The notes below the pieces were generated by a model. It saw only the letters and a program-made list of their open reading frames with translations, did not search any database and had not been told where the DNA came from. A stretch of 64,000 bases of DNA from positions 35,471 to 99,470 of the forward strand of contig CAZFYG010000003.1 of the NCBI GenBank assembly GCA_964523375.1, given 5' to 3'. The position numbers were made by a program, and so were the translations under genes. Shown piece after piece: positions 50,116-59,689 of this stretch. Position 1 is the stretch's first letter, and every line of letters starts with the position of its first letter. This stretch comes from an uncultured Gammaproteobacteria bacterium. GTDB taxonomy: Bacteria > Pseudomonadota > Gammaproteobacteria > Magnimaribacterales > D2472.

Positions 50116-51747
50116 TTGGAAAGAGATGTAATGGAGTATGACGTGGTTGTAGTAGGTGGTGGGCCATCTGGTTTATCAGCTGCAATTAAATTTGCACAGT
50201 TAAATAAAGAAAATGGTACTAGTTATTCAATTTGTCTTTTAGAGAAAGGTTCAGAAGTTGGAGCACACATTCTTTCGGGTAATGTATTTCAACCAAATGC
50301 TCTTGATGAGTTGATACCTGATTGGAAAGAGAAAAATGCACCATTAAATATTCCTGTTAAAAAAGATAAATTACTTTTTTTATTAAATAAGTTTTCTATA
50401 CCAGTGCCTGCATTTGTGATGCCTCCAATGAACAATCATGGTAATTATGTAATTAGCCTTGGAAATCTTTGCAGATGGCTGGCTGAGCAAGCAGAAAATC
50501 TAGGGGTTGAAATATTCCCTGGCTTCCCTGCAAGTAAATTAATCTACGAAGATGAAAAAGTAGTTGGAGTTCAAACAGGTGATATGGGTATTTCTGCTAG
50601 TGGCGATATTAAACCAGGCCATGAACCAGGAATAATTATTAAAGCTAAATATACTGTCCTAAGCGAAGGTTGCAGAGGACATCTTGGCAAAGAAGTTATA
50701 AATAAATTCAACCTTTCGGATGGCAAAGACCCCCAGCATTACGGCATAGGATTTAAAGAGGTATGGAAATTACAAGAAGGACTTCACGAGCCGGGACTAG
50801 TAATGCATACCAATGGTTGGCCTACTCCATTTGATACACCATCAGGCTCTTATTTATATCATGGAGAAAATAATGAGGCATATGTTGGATATGTAGTTCC
50901 ATTAGATTATAAAAACCCATCAATGAGTCCATTTGATGAGTTCCAGAAATGGAAAACCCATCCATCTATTAAAAAATATTTACAAGGCGGCGAAAGACTT
51001 TCTTATGGAGCGAGAGCTCTTATAAAAGGTGGCCTGCAGTCATTGCCAAAAATGGAGTTCCCAGGCGGGCTTCTTACTGGTGACAATGCAGGAACGCTAA
51101 ATTTTTCAAAAATAAAAGGTTCCCATACTGCTATGAAATCAGGATTGATAGCTGGGGAACATATTTTTGAAAATATCAATAATGACATTAAAACAGACAT
51201 TACATATGACGATAGAATACTTAGTTCTTGGATATACACAGAGCTTTATAAGTCTAGAAATTTTGGTCCTATATTTCATAAATTTGGAGCACTGATTGGC
51301 GCTTTTTTAAATGCATTAGATCAGTTTATATTTAGAGGAAAGTTACCTTTCACATTAAACAATCCAACGCCTGATCATGAGTGCTTAAAAAAATCATCTG
51401 AAGTAAATAAAATAGAATACCCAAAACCAGATGGTGTGTTTTCTTTTGACAAGCTTTCGTCTGTCTATCTATCCAATACAAATCATGAGGAAGACCAGCC
51501 ATGCCATCTTCAATTAAAAGACCCATCTATACCAATATCTGTAAATTTACCTATGTATGATGAGCCGGCTCAAAGATACTGCCCTGCAGGCGTTTATGAG
51601 GTTGTTAACAAGGAAGGTGAGGATAGATTTGTTATTAATGCACAAAACTGTGTTCATTGTAAAACTTGTGACATAAAAGACCCGTCCCAAAATATCCAAT
51701 GGGTTACACCAGAGGGACCTGGTGGGCCAAACTATCCAAATATGTAA
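50116..51747 (+). CDS. ETF:ubiquinone oxidoreductase (start moved to TTG 50116 after RBS GAGG)
   Basis: DVVVVGGGPSG, GAHILSG, KIKGSH, 4Fe-4S RYCPAG...NCVHCKTCDIKDP. Confidence 0.95.
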   Translation: MERDVMEYDVVVVGGGPSGLSAAIKFAQLNKENGTSYSICLLEKGSEVGAHILSGNVFQPNALDELIPDWKEKNAPLNIPVKKDKLLFLLNKFSIPVPAFVMPPMNNHGNYVISLGNLCRWLAEQAENLGVEIFPGFPASKLIYEDEKVVGVQTGDMGISASGDIKPGHEPGIIIKAKYTVLSEGCRGHLGKEVINKFNLSDGKDPQHYGIGFKEVWKLQEGLHEPGLVMHTNGWPTPFDTPSGSYLYHGENNEAYVGYVVPLDYKNPSMSPFDEFQKWKTHPSIKKYLQGGERLSYGARALIKGGLQSLPKMEFPGGLLTGDNAGTLNFSKIKGSHTAMKSGLIAGEHIFENINNDIKTDITYDDRILSSWIYTELYKSRNFGPIFHKFGALIGAFLNALDQFIFRGKLPFTLNNPTPDHECLKKSSEVNKIEYPKPDGVFSFDKLSSVYLSNTNHEEDQPCHLQLKDPSIPISVNLPMYDEPAQRYCPAGVYEVVNKEGEDRFVINAQNCVHCKTCDIKDPSQNIQWVTPEGPGGPNYPNM

Positions 51748-51786
51748 TTTAATTATAAATAAACCAAAAATGAATGGAGAATGAAT

Positions 51787-53559
51787 ATGAAAAACAATAA
51801 ACCTTTAATTTTAATAGTTGTTATTACATGCGTTAATTTATTGTTGTGGACAACATCCATGAATAATAAAGAAGAATCTTTGATAGATGCCGAGTTTGAA
51901 AACTATTTAGCGGAATCATGGGAGCAAGGATTAGCTGATTCACCCATATATGCATCAATGCTTGGTGATAAAAGATTCAATACTGACATTGTTTCTAACT
52001 CTATTAGTGAAATTGAACAAAGAAAACTAGAAACCATTGAATCATATAGTGAATTTAAAACATTCAATATCGAAGATTTATCTGAAGGGAATAAATTAAA
52101 TTACATGATCTTAGATCAAGATTTTAGTCTTGCTGTTGAATCACATAAATATCCCGAACAGTATATGAATTTAAATCAAAGAGGTGGAATTCAGTCGTTC
52201 TATGAGACCGGATCTCGCATGGTCTTTAACTCATATCAAGACTACAAGGATTGGCTTACAAGATTAACTAAATACGTTACAAACATTAATAATGCTAATA
52301 ATAACTACAGAGATGGTTTAGAGCTAGGATATACACAACCTAAACACATAACAACATATGTGCTTGAGCAAATCGAATCAATGATAGCGGCAGATGTTAA
52401 TATAAATCCCTATTTAAAAGTTTTTAAAGAAGCATCCCTGGAAGTAGTTACCTCCCAGCAAAAGGATGAATTAATATTAAGCGCAAAGGAGTTAATTACA
52501 AATTCATTAAATCCAGCCTATTCTGAATTGGCAGAATTTTTAAGAAATGAATATATTCCAAATTCAAGAGACTCAATTGGTATTAAAGATGTTCCAAATG
52601 GAAGTGAATGGTATGAATATCTTGCAAGATACCATACAACCACAAATCTAACCCCTGATCAGATTCATGAAATTGGTCTAAATGAAATTAAGCGCATAAG
52701 AGCTGAAATGGAAGAAATTATCGCATCAGTAAATTGGAATGGTGACTTTAACTCTTTCTTGAATTTTCTAAGAACAGATAAGCGCTTCTATTATGATAAT
52801 GCAGATGATCTTTTTGATGCATATCTGATAATGTCAAAAAAAATTGATCCTCTCTTACCCAAACTTTTTAAAGATTTTCAAAAAGCTCCGTATGGTGTGA
52901 CAGAGATACCAATGGAATCAGCTCCATATACGACTACTGCTTATTACAATCCTCCTAGTAAAGGTAGGCCTGGTTATTACTATGTTAATTTGTATAAACC
53001 TGAATCAAGACCTACATATGAGATACCTGTTCTAAGTGTTCATGAAGCTGTCCCAGGTCATCACTTTCAAATCTCTATAGCTCAAGAAATGGAAAATGTT
53101 CCTGAATTTAGAAAGCACCAGTCTTTTACATCCTTTGTTGAGGGTTGGGCTTTATACAGTGAAGAGCTTGGACAATACATGGGGCTTTATGATGATCCGT
53201 ACGATAAGTTTGGACAGCTGACCTATGATATGTGGAGAGCGATTAGATTAGTAGTTGATACAGGTATGCACTATAAGGATTGGACGCGTGATGATGCCAT
53301 TAACTTGTTTGTAAATAATACTGCTAAATCTATTTTAGATATAGAAAATGAAGTTGATAGATACATAGCTTGGCCTGGGCAAGCTCTAGCATACAAGATC
53401 GGTCAATTAAAAATTCTTGAACTAAGAACAAAAGCTGAAATTGAATTAGGCGAAAGCTATGATATTAAAGACTTTCATTATGAAGTTTTAAAAAGAGGTT
53501 CTGTACCTCTTTCTGTTTTAGAAACTTATATAAATGAATGGATAGAGTCTGAGAAGTAG
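51787..53559 (+). CDS. DUF885 family protein
   Basis: N-terminal hydrophobic segment, YHTTT, HEAVPGHHFQ, EGWALYSE, RAIRLVVDTG, PGQALAYKIG; RBS TGGAGA. Confidence 0.9.
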   Translation: MKNNKPLILIVVITCVNLLLWTTSMNNKEESLIDAEFENYLAESWEQGLADSPIYASMLGDKRFNTDIVSNSISEIEQRKLETIESYSEFKTFNIEDLSEGNKLNYMILDQDFSLAVESHKYPEQYMNLNQRGGIQSFYETGSRMVFNSYQDYKDWLTRLTKYVTNINNANNNYRDGLELGYTQPKHITTYVLEQIESMIAADVNINPYLKVFKEASLEVVTSQQKDELILSAKELITNSLNPAYSELAEFLRNEYIPNSRDSIGIKDVPNGSEWYEYLARYHTTTNLTPDQIHEIGLNEIKRIRAEMEEIIASVNWNGDFNSFLNFLRTDKRFYYDNADDLFDAYLIMSKKIDPLLPKLFKDFQKAPYGVTEIPMESAPYTTTAYYNPPSKGRPGYYYVNLYKPESRPTYEIPVLSVHEAVPGHHFQISIAQEMENVPEFRKHQSFTSFVEGWALYSEELGQYMGLYDDPYDKFGQLTYDMWRAIRLVVDTGMHYKDWTRDDAINLFVNNTAKSILDIENEVDRYIAWPGQALAYKIGQLKILELRTKAEIELGESYDIKDFHYEVLKRGSVPLSVLETYINEWIESEK

Positions 53560-53700
53560 TTATTTTTTTTGTTTGCATCTGTTGCTGCAATATATGACAT
53601 GCTCCCAGTCTCTTTCCCATTTTTTTCTCCATACAAAATCTAGTTTGCAAACTGGGCATGTTTTCTTCGGTAAATTAGATTTCTTAATTGATTTTGCCAA
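53560..53700 (-). CDS. DUF2256 family small cysteine-rich protein, 46 aa; missed by the ORF track
   Basis: Manual translation from [49 protein letters not shown]. Confidence 0.85.
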   Translation of the reverse strand: MAKSIKKSNLPKKTCPVCKLDFVWRKKWERDWEHVIYCSNRCKQKK

Positions 53701-54226
53701 CTGGGACTTCCGTTTTAAATGAATTTATATATAAAGTATTATTTTTAGTAAAGCCCTCTTCTGTAGCAAAATTTAAAAATCGATAATACACATTTCTAGC
53801 AAGAAAACCCTCTATTTTTTTTGGTCTTACATTTACTATAGGTAGAAATACTCCATTTACTTGTTTGAGGTAAACGGGGTGACTGAAATCCAATTTAAAG
53901 GAATAATTAAAATTTGAGTGGAATGTTATATTTTTATTAGTGTCTATATCAAAATCTATAATCATATAAGGAGCTATTTCTACATTAACTGGTACCTTTT
54001 CTGAAGGAGTGACAAGAAAATAATCACCATCATCATTTCTTAAAACTTTTGAAAATAACTTTACAATTTTTCTATTTTTAATAAGAGATCCATTATAAAA
54101 CCAATCACCATTCCTATCTATTCTGATCTCTTGACCTTCACATAAATCAGGATTCCAAGAGTCAACTGGAGGAAAAATATCATCACTAAATTTTTTAATT
54201 TTATCTGTTAAATTTGAGATATTCAT
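53684..54226 (-). CDS. DUF1285 family protein
   Basis: [46 protein letters not shown]. Confidence 0.88.
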   Translation of the reverse strand: MNISNLTDKIKKFSDDIFPPVDSWNPDLCEGQEIRIDRNGDWFYNGSLIKNRKIVKLFSKVLRNDDGDYFLVTPSEKVPVNVEIAPYMIIDFDIDTNKNITFHSNFNYSFKLDFSHPVYLKQVNGVFLPIVNVRPKKIEGFLARNVYYRFLNFATEEGFTKNNTLYINSFKTEVPVGKIN

Positions 54227-54812
54227 ATGTGGAAGTAAAAATTATAAAAAGGCCTATAAAACATAAAATTATTGAAAACAAAGATTTTATATAAATGTTG
54301 TTATAAATATTTACGTATTGAAATCTTTTTGACGTTAATAATATGCTTAAGAAAGAGAACCATAGGGTGGTAGATGCAGCAAAATAAAGTGGATAAATAT
54401 AAAAATATATTCCATTAAGACTTTTAGATAATATTGAAAATAGACTAACAAAAAAAATAAAAGCTTTTATGTTAAATAGGTTTGTAATAAACCCTACTAC
54501 AAAATTATTTTTTGAATTTTGACTAGATGATATTTTGTTATCATTAGAAATATACATTGAAGCTCCTATATAAAATATATAAGAACCTCCTATCATGCTA
54601 ATAAGAACTTTCAGTGCAGGGTAATTTAGTATAATTAGAGAGATACCGCTAGCAGCCAGAATGCAGTGTATTAAAATTCCTAATCCTATGCCGATGGCTG
54701 TAAATATACCCGCCCTCCTTCCAAAGGCAGAGCATTGTTTAATAATGATAGCCGTATCAGGGCCTGGGCTTGTTAAGGCAATAATGTAAGCAACTGTAGA
54801 AGACAGAAACAT
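54201..54812 (-). CDS. LysE/RhtB family translocator
   Basis: SPGPD motif, GFITNLFNIKA, TM pattern. Confidence 0.88.
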   Translation of the reverse strand: MFLSSTVAYIIALTSPGPDTAIIIKQCSAFGRRAGIFTAIGIGLGILIHCILAASGISLIILNYPALKVLISMIGGSYIFYIGASMYISNDNKISSSQNSKNNFVVGFITNLFNIKAFIFFVSLFSILSKSLNGIYFYIYPLYFAASTTLWFSFLSILLTSKRFQYVNIYNNIYIKSLFSIILCFIGLFIIFTSTYEYLKFNR

Positions 54813-55807
54813 TAAAGAATAACTCTTGGTTCTATCTCTAAATTGATATTAAAGTAATATTTAACCTTTGATTGAATGGCTTTAGCAAAGTTGATGACAT
54901 CTTGTTGCGACGCAATTCCGTTAGTTGTTAGAACTAAATTGTGTTTTTTTGATATAGAAACATTATGTGCTTCTGGTAGCTCATTTTTAATAAGTTGAAT
55001 TAATTTAGCAGCACCAACTTTAACAAGGTTATTTTCAAGCTCCCAGATGATTAATTCATTTAAATCAAAATGATCTGTTTTAATTGAATTGATATCTATA
55101 ATTGGATTTTTAAAAAAACTACCGGCATTTGGTTCAATCAATGGATTGGGTAATGCGGCCTCTCTAATTTCTGTAATAAGTTTGGATATGATCTGTGGGT
55201 TAAGAAATTTTTTATCAAGAGAAATGTCATTAATTTTTTTGTGTAGGGATCCATATGAAAGGCAGAGTTTTTTTTCGAGATTTGATTTAAATTCAATATG
55301 GGTAATGATCATATTTGAGCCCTTAAAGAGAGAGTCTCTATAACCAAACTTGCATTCACTTGAGCTAAACGAGTTAAAACTTCCATCCATTAAGTCAAAA
55401 AAATAAACTCTATGAATTAAAGGTTCAACATCTACACCATAAGCTCCAATATTTTGAATTGGAGAAGCACCGACTGAGCCAGGTATTAGCGAAAGGTTTT
55501 CGAAGCCATAGATATTATTATTTACTGCATACTGAACTAAATCATTCCAATTTACAGATGAGCCTACTCTGATCAAATCATTGTTTTTTTCAATTGATTT
55601 AAAGTTTAAAGAAATCACTAATCCACTATATCTATCTGGTGGGACCAGATTAGTGCCCTCGCCAAGAATAAAATATTTAATTTTTTTAGATTTAATGAAA
55701 TCAAATAGGTGTGGAAGCTCGTCCAGCTTATTAATACAAACACCATAATCTGAAACAGAGTTTATTTTTAAAGAGTTATGAATTTTATAATTCTCTTCAA
55801 GATTCAT
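54812..55807 (-). CDS. murB: UDP-N-acetylenolpyruvoylglucosamine reductase
   Basis: LGEGTN, LIPGSVGASPIQNIGAYG, FGYRDS, NAGSFFKNP, LEIEP. Confidence 0.95.
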   Translation of the reverse strand: MNLEENYKIHNSLKINSVSDYGVCINKLDELPHLFDFIKSKKIKYFILGEGTNLVPPDRYSGLVISLNFKSIEKNNDLIRVGSSVNWNDLVQYAVNNNIYGFENLSLIPGSVGASPIQNIGAYGVDVEPLIHRVYFFDLMDGSFNSFSSSECKFGYRDSLFKGSNMIITHIEFKSNLEKKLCLSYGSLHKKINDISLDKKFLNPQIISKLITEIREAALPNPLIEPNAGSFFKNPIIDINSIKTDHFDLNELIIWELENNLVKVGAAKLIQLIKNELPEAHNVSISKKHNLVLTTNGIASQQDVINFAKAIQSKVKYYFNINLEIEPRVIL

Positions 55808-56522
55808 TATTAATATATTTTATAGCAGTTTTCACATCGTCTTCAGTATCAATGCCTGGTGGAATATTGATATTAAATTTTGAAATTTTAATTTTATATC
55901 CATTGTCAAGAAATCTAAGCTGCTCTAACTTTCTTTCAATTTCATTTAGAGTGGGTTTAAGGGATACAAGTTTTTGGAGAGTAGCCATGGAGTATCCATA
56001 TATACCAATATGTTGGTAGTATGATGCGCCATCAACATATTCTATGTTTCTTACAAAATCTTTAGCAAATGATTGATCGTCAATAATTGCTTTAACGCAG
56101 TTGGGATTATCTATAATTTCTCTATTAACTATTTTATGTGCAGCTGTAACAATATTGGAAGTATTCATCTTAAAACTATCAATTAGTTCTTTAACCACCT
56201 CTTTAGGCATAAATGGCTCATCTCCCTGTAAATTTATTATCAAAGTATCTTTGTCTAGGTTTAGCTTTTTAGCTGCTTCAAAAACTCTGTCAGTTCCGGA
56301 TATATGATCTTTATCTGTAATAATTACATTAGAAGTTAAGGATTGAATATGATTCTTAATAATATCTGAGTCAGTTGCTACAAAGACATTAGGAGTGCAT
56401 AAAAGAGCATTCTCGTAGACTCTATGTATTAATGATTTGCCTGAGATGTCAACTAAGGGTTTATTTTTAAGCCTTGTTGAACCAATTCTTGATGGAATGA
56501 TAATAACTGTATTTAAAGACAT
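55797..56522 (-). CDS. kdsB: CMP-KDO synthetase
   Basis: IIPSRIGSTRLKNKPL, SGTDR, INLQGDEP, QHIGIYGY, LEQLRFL. Confidence 0.96.
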   Translation of the reverse strand: MSLNTVIIIPSRIGSTRLKNKPLVDISGKSLIHRVYENALLCTPNVFVATDSDIIKNHIQSLTSNVIITDKDHISGTDRVFEAAKKLNLDKDTLIINLQGDEPFMPKEVVKELIDSFKMNTSNIVTAAHKIVNREIIDNPNCVKAIIDDQSFAKDFVRNIEYVDGASYYQHIGIYGYSMATLQKLVSLKPTLNEIERKLEQLRFLDNGYKIKISKFNINIPPGIDTEDDVKTAIKYINNES

Positions 56523-56528
56523 TTTTAG

Positions 56529-59288
56529 TTAGGTTATTTTTTTAAGCCTATTATCCAATTCATTAATAAATTGGTTGGATAGATCTGCCTCGACTGCCAG
56601 ATACCATATTTTATTATTATTAAAATGCTTACATTTAGATGCATCTTTTTCAGTCATTAAAATTGGATGATGATCTAAAAAATGCAAATCAGTTGTGATG
56701 TATTTATGGTGATCTGGGAATGGGTGCTTTATATGGTCAAAACCAAGCCTGCTTAATGTATCAAAAAATCTTCCAGGGTTTCCAAGTCCTGCCACAGCAT
56801 GAACTTCTTTATGCATAGGCCATTGATCAACGGGATACGATTTACCACTATTTAAATGGACAAATTTAGATGGGCTGATATTCATAAGAATTTCTTCGCC
56901 CTCAGTGGGCCCACTGTTATTAATAACAAAATCTGCATCTTTTAATCTTTTTTTTGATTCCCTTAGGGGGCCAGCAGGGAAAACTAAATTGTTACCAAAC
57001 CTTCTTTTTCCATCAATAACAATTATTTCTATATCTCGCTTTAAATTGTAATGTTGAAGACCATCATCCGTTATAACAACATCACAATCATGATTTGAAA
57101 CAAGAGTCTCAACAGCCCTGACCCTATCTCTGTCTAGGTAAAAAGGGAGTCCTAATTTTGATAAAATTTGTGCCTCATCTCCAGTCGCTTTAACTGAAGA
57201 ATCTGATTCAACTTTCATTGTTTTTTTATAGTTACCGCCATAACCCCTGCTAACCAACCCTGGCTTGTAACCTAAATCTTTCAAACTTGATGCAATATAT
57301 TTTACGAGCGGGGTTTTACCTGTGCCACCGATTGTTAGGTTACCAACAATTACAACTGGGACATTCTTATTTAAAGTTGGTAAATTTTTAAGATACTTTC
57401 TTCTTCTTCTATTTGTTAAGAACTGTATAGCAAGAGAAAACGGATATAACAGATAGAGCCATAGGCTTTTCTTGTACCAACTATCAACAACAAAGCTAGA
57501 TGATTCTTGATTGTTATATTCAGGTACAAAGAGCTGTTTAGATTTTGACTGGATAGGAGTTTTATTACCATCATCCTCAAATTTATTTTTATACAAAGAT
57601 TTATAAAGGCCATCAAGCGCAATAAGCTCATCATGGGTACCTGTTTCAGAAATCATGCCTTCATCTAAAACGATAATTTTAGATGCATTTTCAATTGTCG
57701 ATAACCTATGGGCAATAACTATCGTAGTTCTATTAGTGATTAATTTTTCAAGAGCTTCTTGGACAACTAACTCAGACTCGCTATCTAATGCAGAAGTGGC
57801 TTCATCTAATATAATGATAGGTGAGTCTTTATAGAATGCTCTAGCAATGGCAAGTCTTTGTCTCTGACCTCCAGATAATAGAACGCCATCATCGCCAATT
57901 TCAGACTCAAAATTTTCAGGAAGGTTATTTATAAACTCAGAGCATCCGGCAAGTTTTGCAGAAGCTATAAGCTTATCGTTATCAATTACACCATCACCAT
58001 AAGCTATATTTTTTGCAATCGTATCATTGAAAAGTGTAGGCGACTGATTGACTATAGAGATAGAATCTCTCAAATGAGTTAGTGAGTAATCCTTTATAGA
58101 GACGCCATCGATTTTAATTTCACCTGATGAGTTTTCATAGAAACGAGGTATCAAATTAGCAATAGTTGACTTACCAGAACCAGATCTTCCAACTATAGCA
58201 ACGGTATCATGCTTATTAATATGAAAACTTATATTTGAAAGAATTTGCCCACCAGTTTCATAGGAAAATGAGACATCATTAAAGTCTATAACTCCATCTA
58301 ATTTACTATCCACATCGCCGGAATTATTTTCATTTGCCTCATCCAATTGATCAAATATCTCATTAGCAGCAGCAAGGCCTTTTTGAACAATAATATTTAT
58401 ATTTGATAATTGCCTGACTGGTTTTGCCATTAAACCAGCAGCAGTGAAAAATGCTACAAATGTCTCTGCATCTAAACTGATTCCAAGCTGCGAGCCAAGA
58501 GCAAAATATGCAACAAGAGAAAGAGATACAGAAACTAAAATTTGAATAATAGGAGTTGCTAAATTACCTGTAGCCTCCAGTTTAAGGTTTTGATTTTTAT
58601 TGGATGAATTGGCTTCTAGAAACCTTTCATTTTCATAATCTTGAGCATTAAATGATTTAATTTCTAAATGGCCATCAACAGCTTCAGAGGCAATGTGAGT
58701 AACGTCACCCATAGCGGTTTGTATTTTTTTTGCTAATTTTTTAAGTCGCTTACCTGCTATGTATACGATAAGAGCAATTAAAGGAATAGTTACTATTAAC
58801 AACAAGGTTAACTTGAAATTAAGATAGGACATATAAATAAATAAACCAACAAGAAGAAAGCCCTCTCTAACAAATGTTTTAACAGCACTAGAGGCAGCTG
58901 CTGAGACTTGTGTGGTTGTAAATGTAATCCTATTTATTAATTGTCCTGACTGATTTGAATCAAAGTAGGATTTTGGTAAGTCATGCAATTTTTGAAATAG
59001 CTCAGCCCTTAGATCATGAACAATACCAAAGCCCACTCTGGACATGAAATAGTTACCAATGAAGAATCCGAGACCCCTTCCAAATGCAATTCCAATTAGA
59101 GATAAGGCTAAAAGAGTATGGAGACCAGATTCTTCCGCATTTATAAAGCTAATAATTCTTCTAATCCATTCAACAGCGGCAATATCTGCAAATGCAAAAA
59201 CAATAAATCCTAATACACTTATTAAGAACGACCACTTGTATCTAAATGTGTAAGAAAGCAGTCTTCTGAAGCTATTTTTCTTTTTCAT
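56529..59288 (-). CDS. msbA/lpxK: Fusion of lipid A flippase MsbA (aa ~1-570) and tetraacyldisaccharide 4'-kinase LpxK (aa ~599-919)
   Basis: ABC motifs GRSGSGKS, LSGGQRQ, LDEATS, AHRL; LpxK motifs GNLTIGGTGKTP, SRGYGG, DDGLQH, GPLRE, TEKDA; single frame. Confidence 0.92.
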   Translation of the reverse strand: MKKKNSFRRLLSYTFRYKWSFLISVLGFIVFAFADIAAVEWIRRIISFINAEESGLHTLLALSLIGIAFGRGLGFFIGNYFMSRVGFGIVHDLRAELFQKLHDLPKSYFDSNQSGQLINRITFTTTQVSAAASSAVKTFVREGFLLVGLFIYMSYLNFKLTLLLIVTIPLIALIVYIAGKRLKKLAKKIQTAMGDVTHIASEAVDGHLEIKSFNAQDYENERFLEANSSNKNQNLKLEATGNLATPIIQILVSVSLSLVAYFALGSQLGISLDAETFVAFFTAAGLMAKPVRQLSNINIIVQKGLAAANEIFDQLDEANENNSGDVDSKLDGVIDFNDVSFSYETGGQILSNISFHINKHDTVAIVGRSGSGKSTIANLIPRFYENSSGEIKIDGVSIKDYSLTHLRDSISIVNQSPTLFNDTIAKNIAYGDGVIDNDKLIASAKLAGCSEFINNLPENFESEIGDDGVLLSGGQRQRLAIARAFYKDSPIIILDEATSALDSESELVVQEALEKLITNRTTIVIAHRLSTIENASKIIVLDEGMISETGTHDELIALDGLYKSLYKNKFEDDGNKTPIQSKSKQLFVPEYNNQESSSFVVDSWYKKSLWLYLLYPFSLAIQFLTNRRRRKYLKNLPTLNKNVPVVIVGNLTIGGTGKTPLVKYIASSLKDLGYKPGLVSRGYGGNYKKTMKVESDSSVKATGDEAQILSKLGLPFYLDRDRVRAVETLVSNHDCDVVITDDGLQHYNLKRDIEIIVIDGKRRFGNNLVFPAGPLRESKKRLKDADFVINNSGPTEGEEILMNISPSKFVHLNSGKSYPVDQWPMHKEVHAVAGLGNPGRFFDTLSRLGFDHIKHPFPDHHKYITTDLHFLDHHPILMTEKDASKCKHFNNNKIWYLAVEADLSNQFINELDNRLKKIT

Positions 59289-59689
59289 AATCTTATTGTT
59301 CTAATCTGAACCTGTGAGTATCCATTTTTATTCAATATATCCATCATTTCTACAACCCATTGATGATATGTATTCTCCTCAGCACTTAGTATTACTTTAT
59401 CAAATGTGCTATCTAAACTAAATACAAGCTCATTTATTAACTCCCTATCAGATATCGGCGCTGTTACTCCATTAATCAAAACTGTGCCATCAGACAGAAT
59501 AGAAATCTCATTGCTCTCTTTGACCACATTTGATGAAAATGATTCAGTTTTTGGGAGCTCTAATGAAAGGAACTGCGAATCTCCAACCTTGGAAGTAACT
59601 ACAAAAAATATTACTAGAAGAAAAACTATATCTATTAATGGGGTTATCTCTATGGAAAAATTAGAGTTATTTGTTTTTAAGAACTTCAT
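59285..59689 (-). CDS. exbD: ExbD/TolR family protein
   Basis: ITPLIDIVFLLVIFFVV TM helix with the conserved Asp. Confidence 0.88.
   Translation of the reverse strand: MKFLKTNNSNFSIEITPLIDIVFLLVIFFVVTSKVGDSQFLSLELPKTESFSSNVVKESNEISILSDGTVLINGVTAPISDRELINELVFSLDSTFDKVILSAEENTYHQWVVEMMDILNKNGYSQVQIRTIRL

Noticed and set aside
53465-53659. ORF-track 64-aa minus-strand ORF
   Set aside because: Wrong frame; it overlaps DUF885. The DUF2256 frame (53560-53700) explains the region.
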